From Candidatus Poribacteria bacterium (GTDB lineage Bacteria; Poribacteria; WGA-4E; WGA-3G), in the NCBI GenBank assembly GCA_965198235.1, contig OZ240248.1:1184001-1248000 (forward strand): a stretch of DNA of 64,000 nucleotides. Reading direction: 5' to 3'. A program made the translations under genes and the position numbers. Each line of letters opens with the position of its first letter. The stretch's first letter is position 1. The notes beneath the pieces were generated by a model. That model searched no databases. It had not been told where the DNA came from and worked only from the letters and a program-made list of their open reading frames with translations. Below, one piece after another: positions 63,886-64,000 of the stretch.

Positions 63886-64000
63886 TTGTAGACTGCACAG
63901 ACTTGATCAGCGACCGTGCTCGACTTCTTGAGCACAGCCACCAGAACGGATATCTCTTCTTTCCCAGACTGCTCCCTGTAGAGTCGGTGCTTGAGTTACG

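Noticed and set aside
63886-64000. tnpA upstream of the second tnpB
   Set aside because: No HUH or Y1 transposase motif in any minus-strand frame; probably leader or left-end DNA cut by the window edge.

Overview
Bacterial chromosomal window. The lineage is probably Candidatus Poribacteria or a relative; this is inferred from secreted LamG proteins ending in a 'VEPxGKLAxxWxxxK' tail, Planctomycete-type DUF1501/WD40/PPC genes, UBact and a very dense set of REP/MITE-like repeats. Main content: (1) housekeeping and catabolic genes, (2) two large secreted proteases with PNP-type C-terminal domains, (3) a complete UBact-proteasome operon (arc-dop-ubact-prcB-prcA-pafA), (4) an IS605-family tnpB element and a second truncated tnpB, (5) a tRNA-Ala-23S-5S operon with no 16S gene, driven by five tandem sigma70 promoters, (6) an SBP-OmpA/vWA membrane operon, (7) purB, (8) a type 2 ileS and (9) a xanthine-dehydrogenase-family operon with moaD. 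Most unusual signals: (a) five stuttering insertions built from one short template (GTGTTTTTGCTTGGG...), found in REP hairpin loops and at the TnpB catalytic Glu; (b) an Ile-rich leader-peptide attenuator upstream of an ileS with a GVHH signature motif; (c) substitutions in normally invariant 23S loops, including the sarcin-ricin loop; (d) a pseudoknotted ~82-nt RNA upstream of tnpB; (e) a degenerate tRNA-like element inside the rRNA promoter array; (f) repeats inserted in frame in proteins and fused to start and stop codons. All calls come from reading motifs by eye; no database searches were run.
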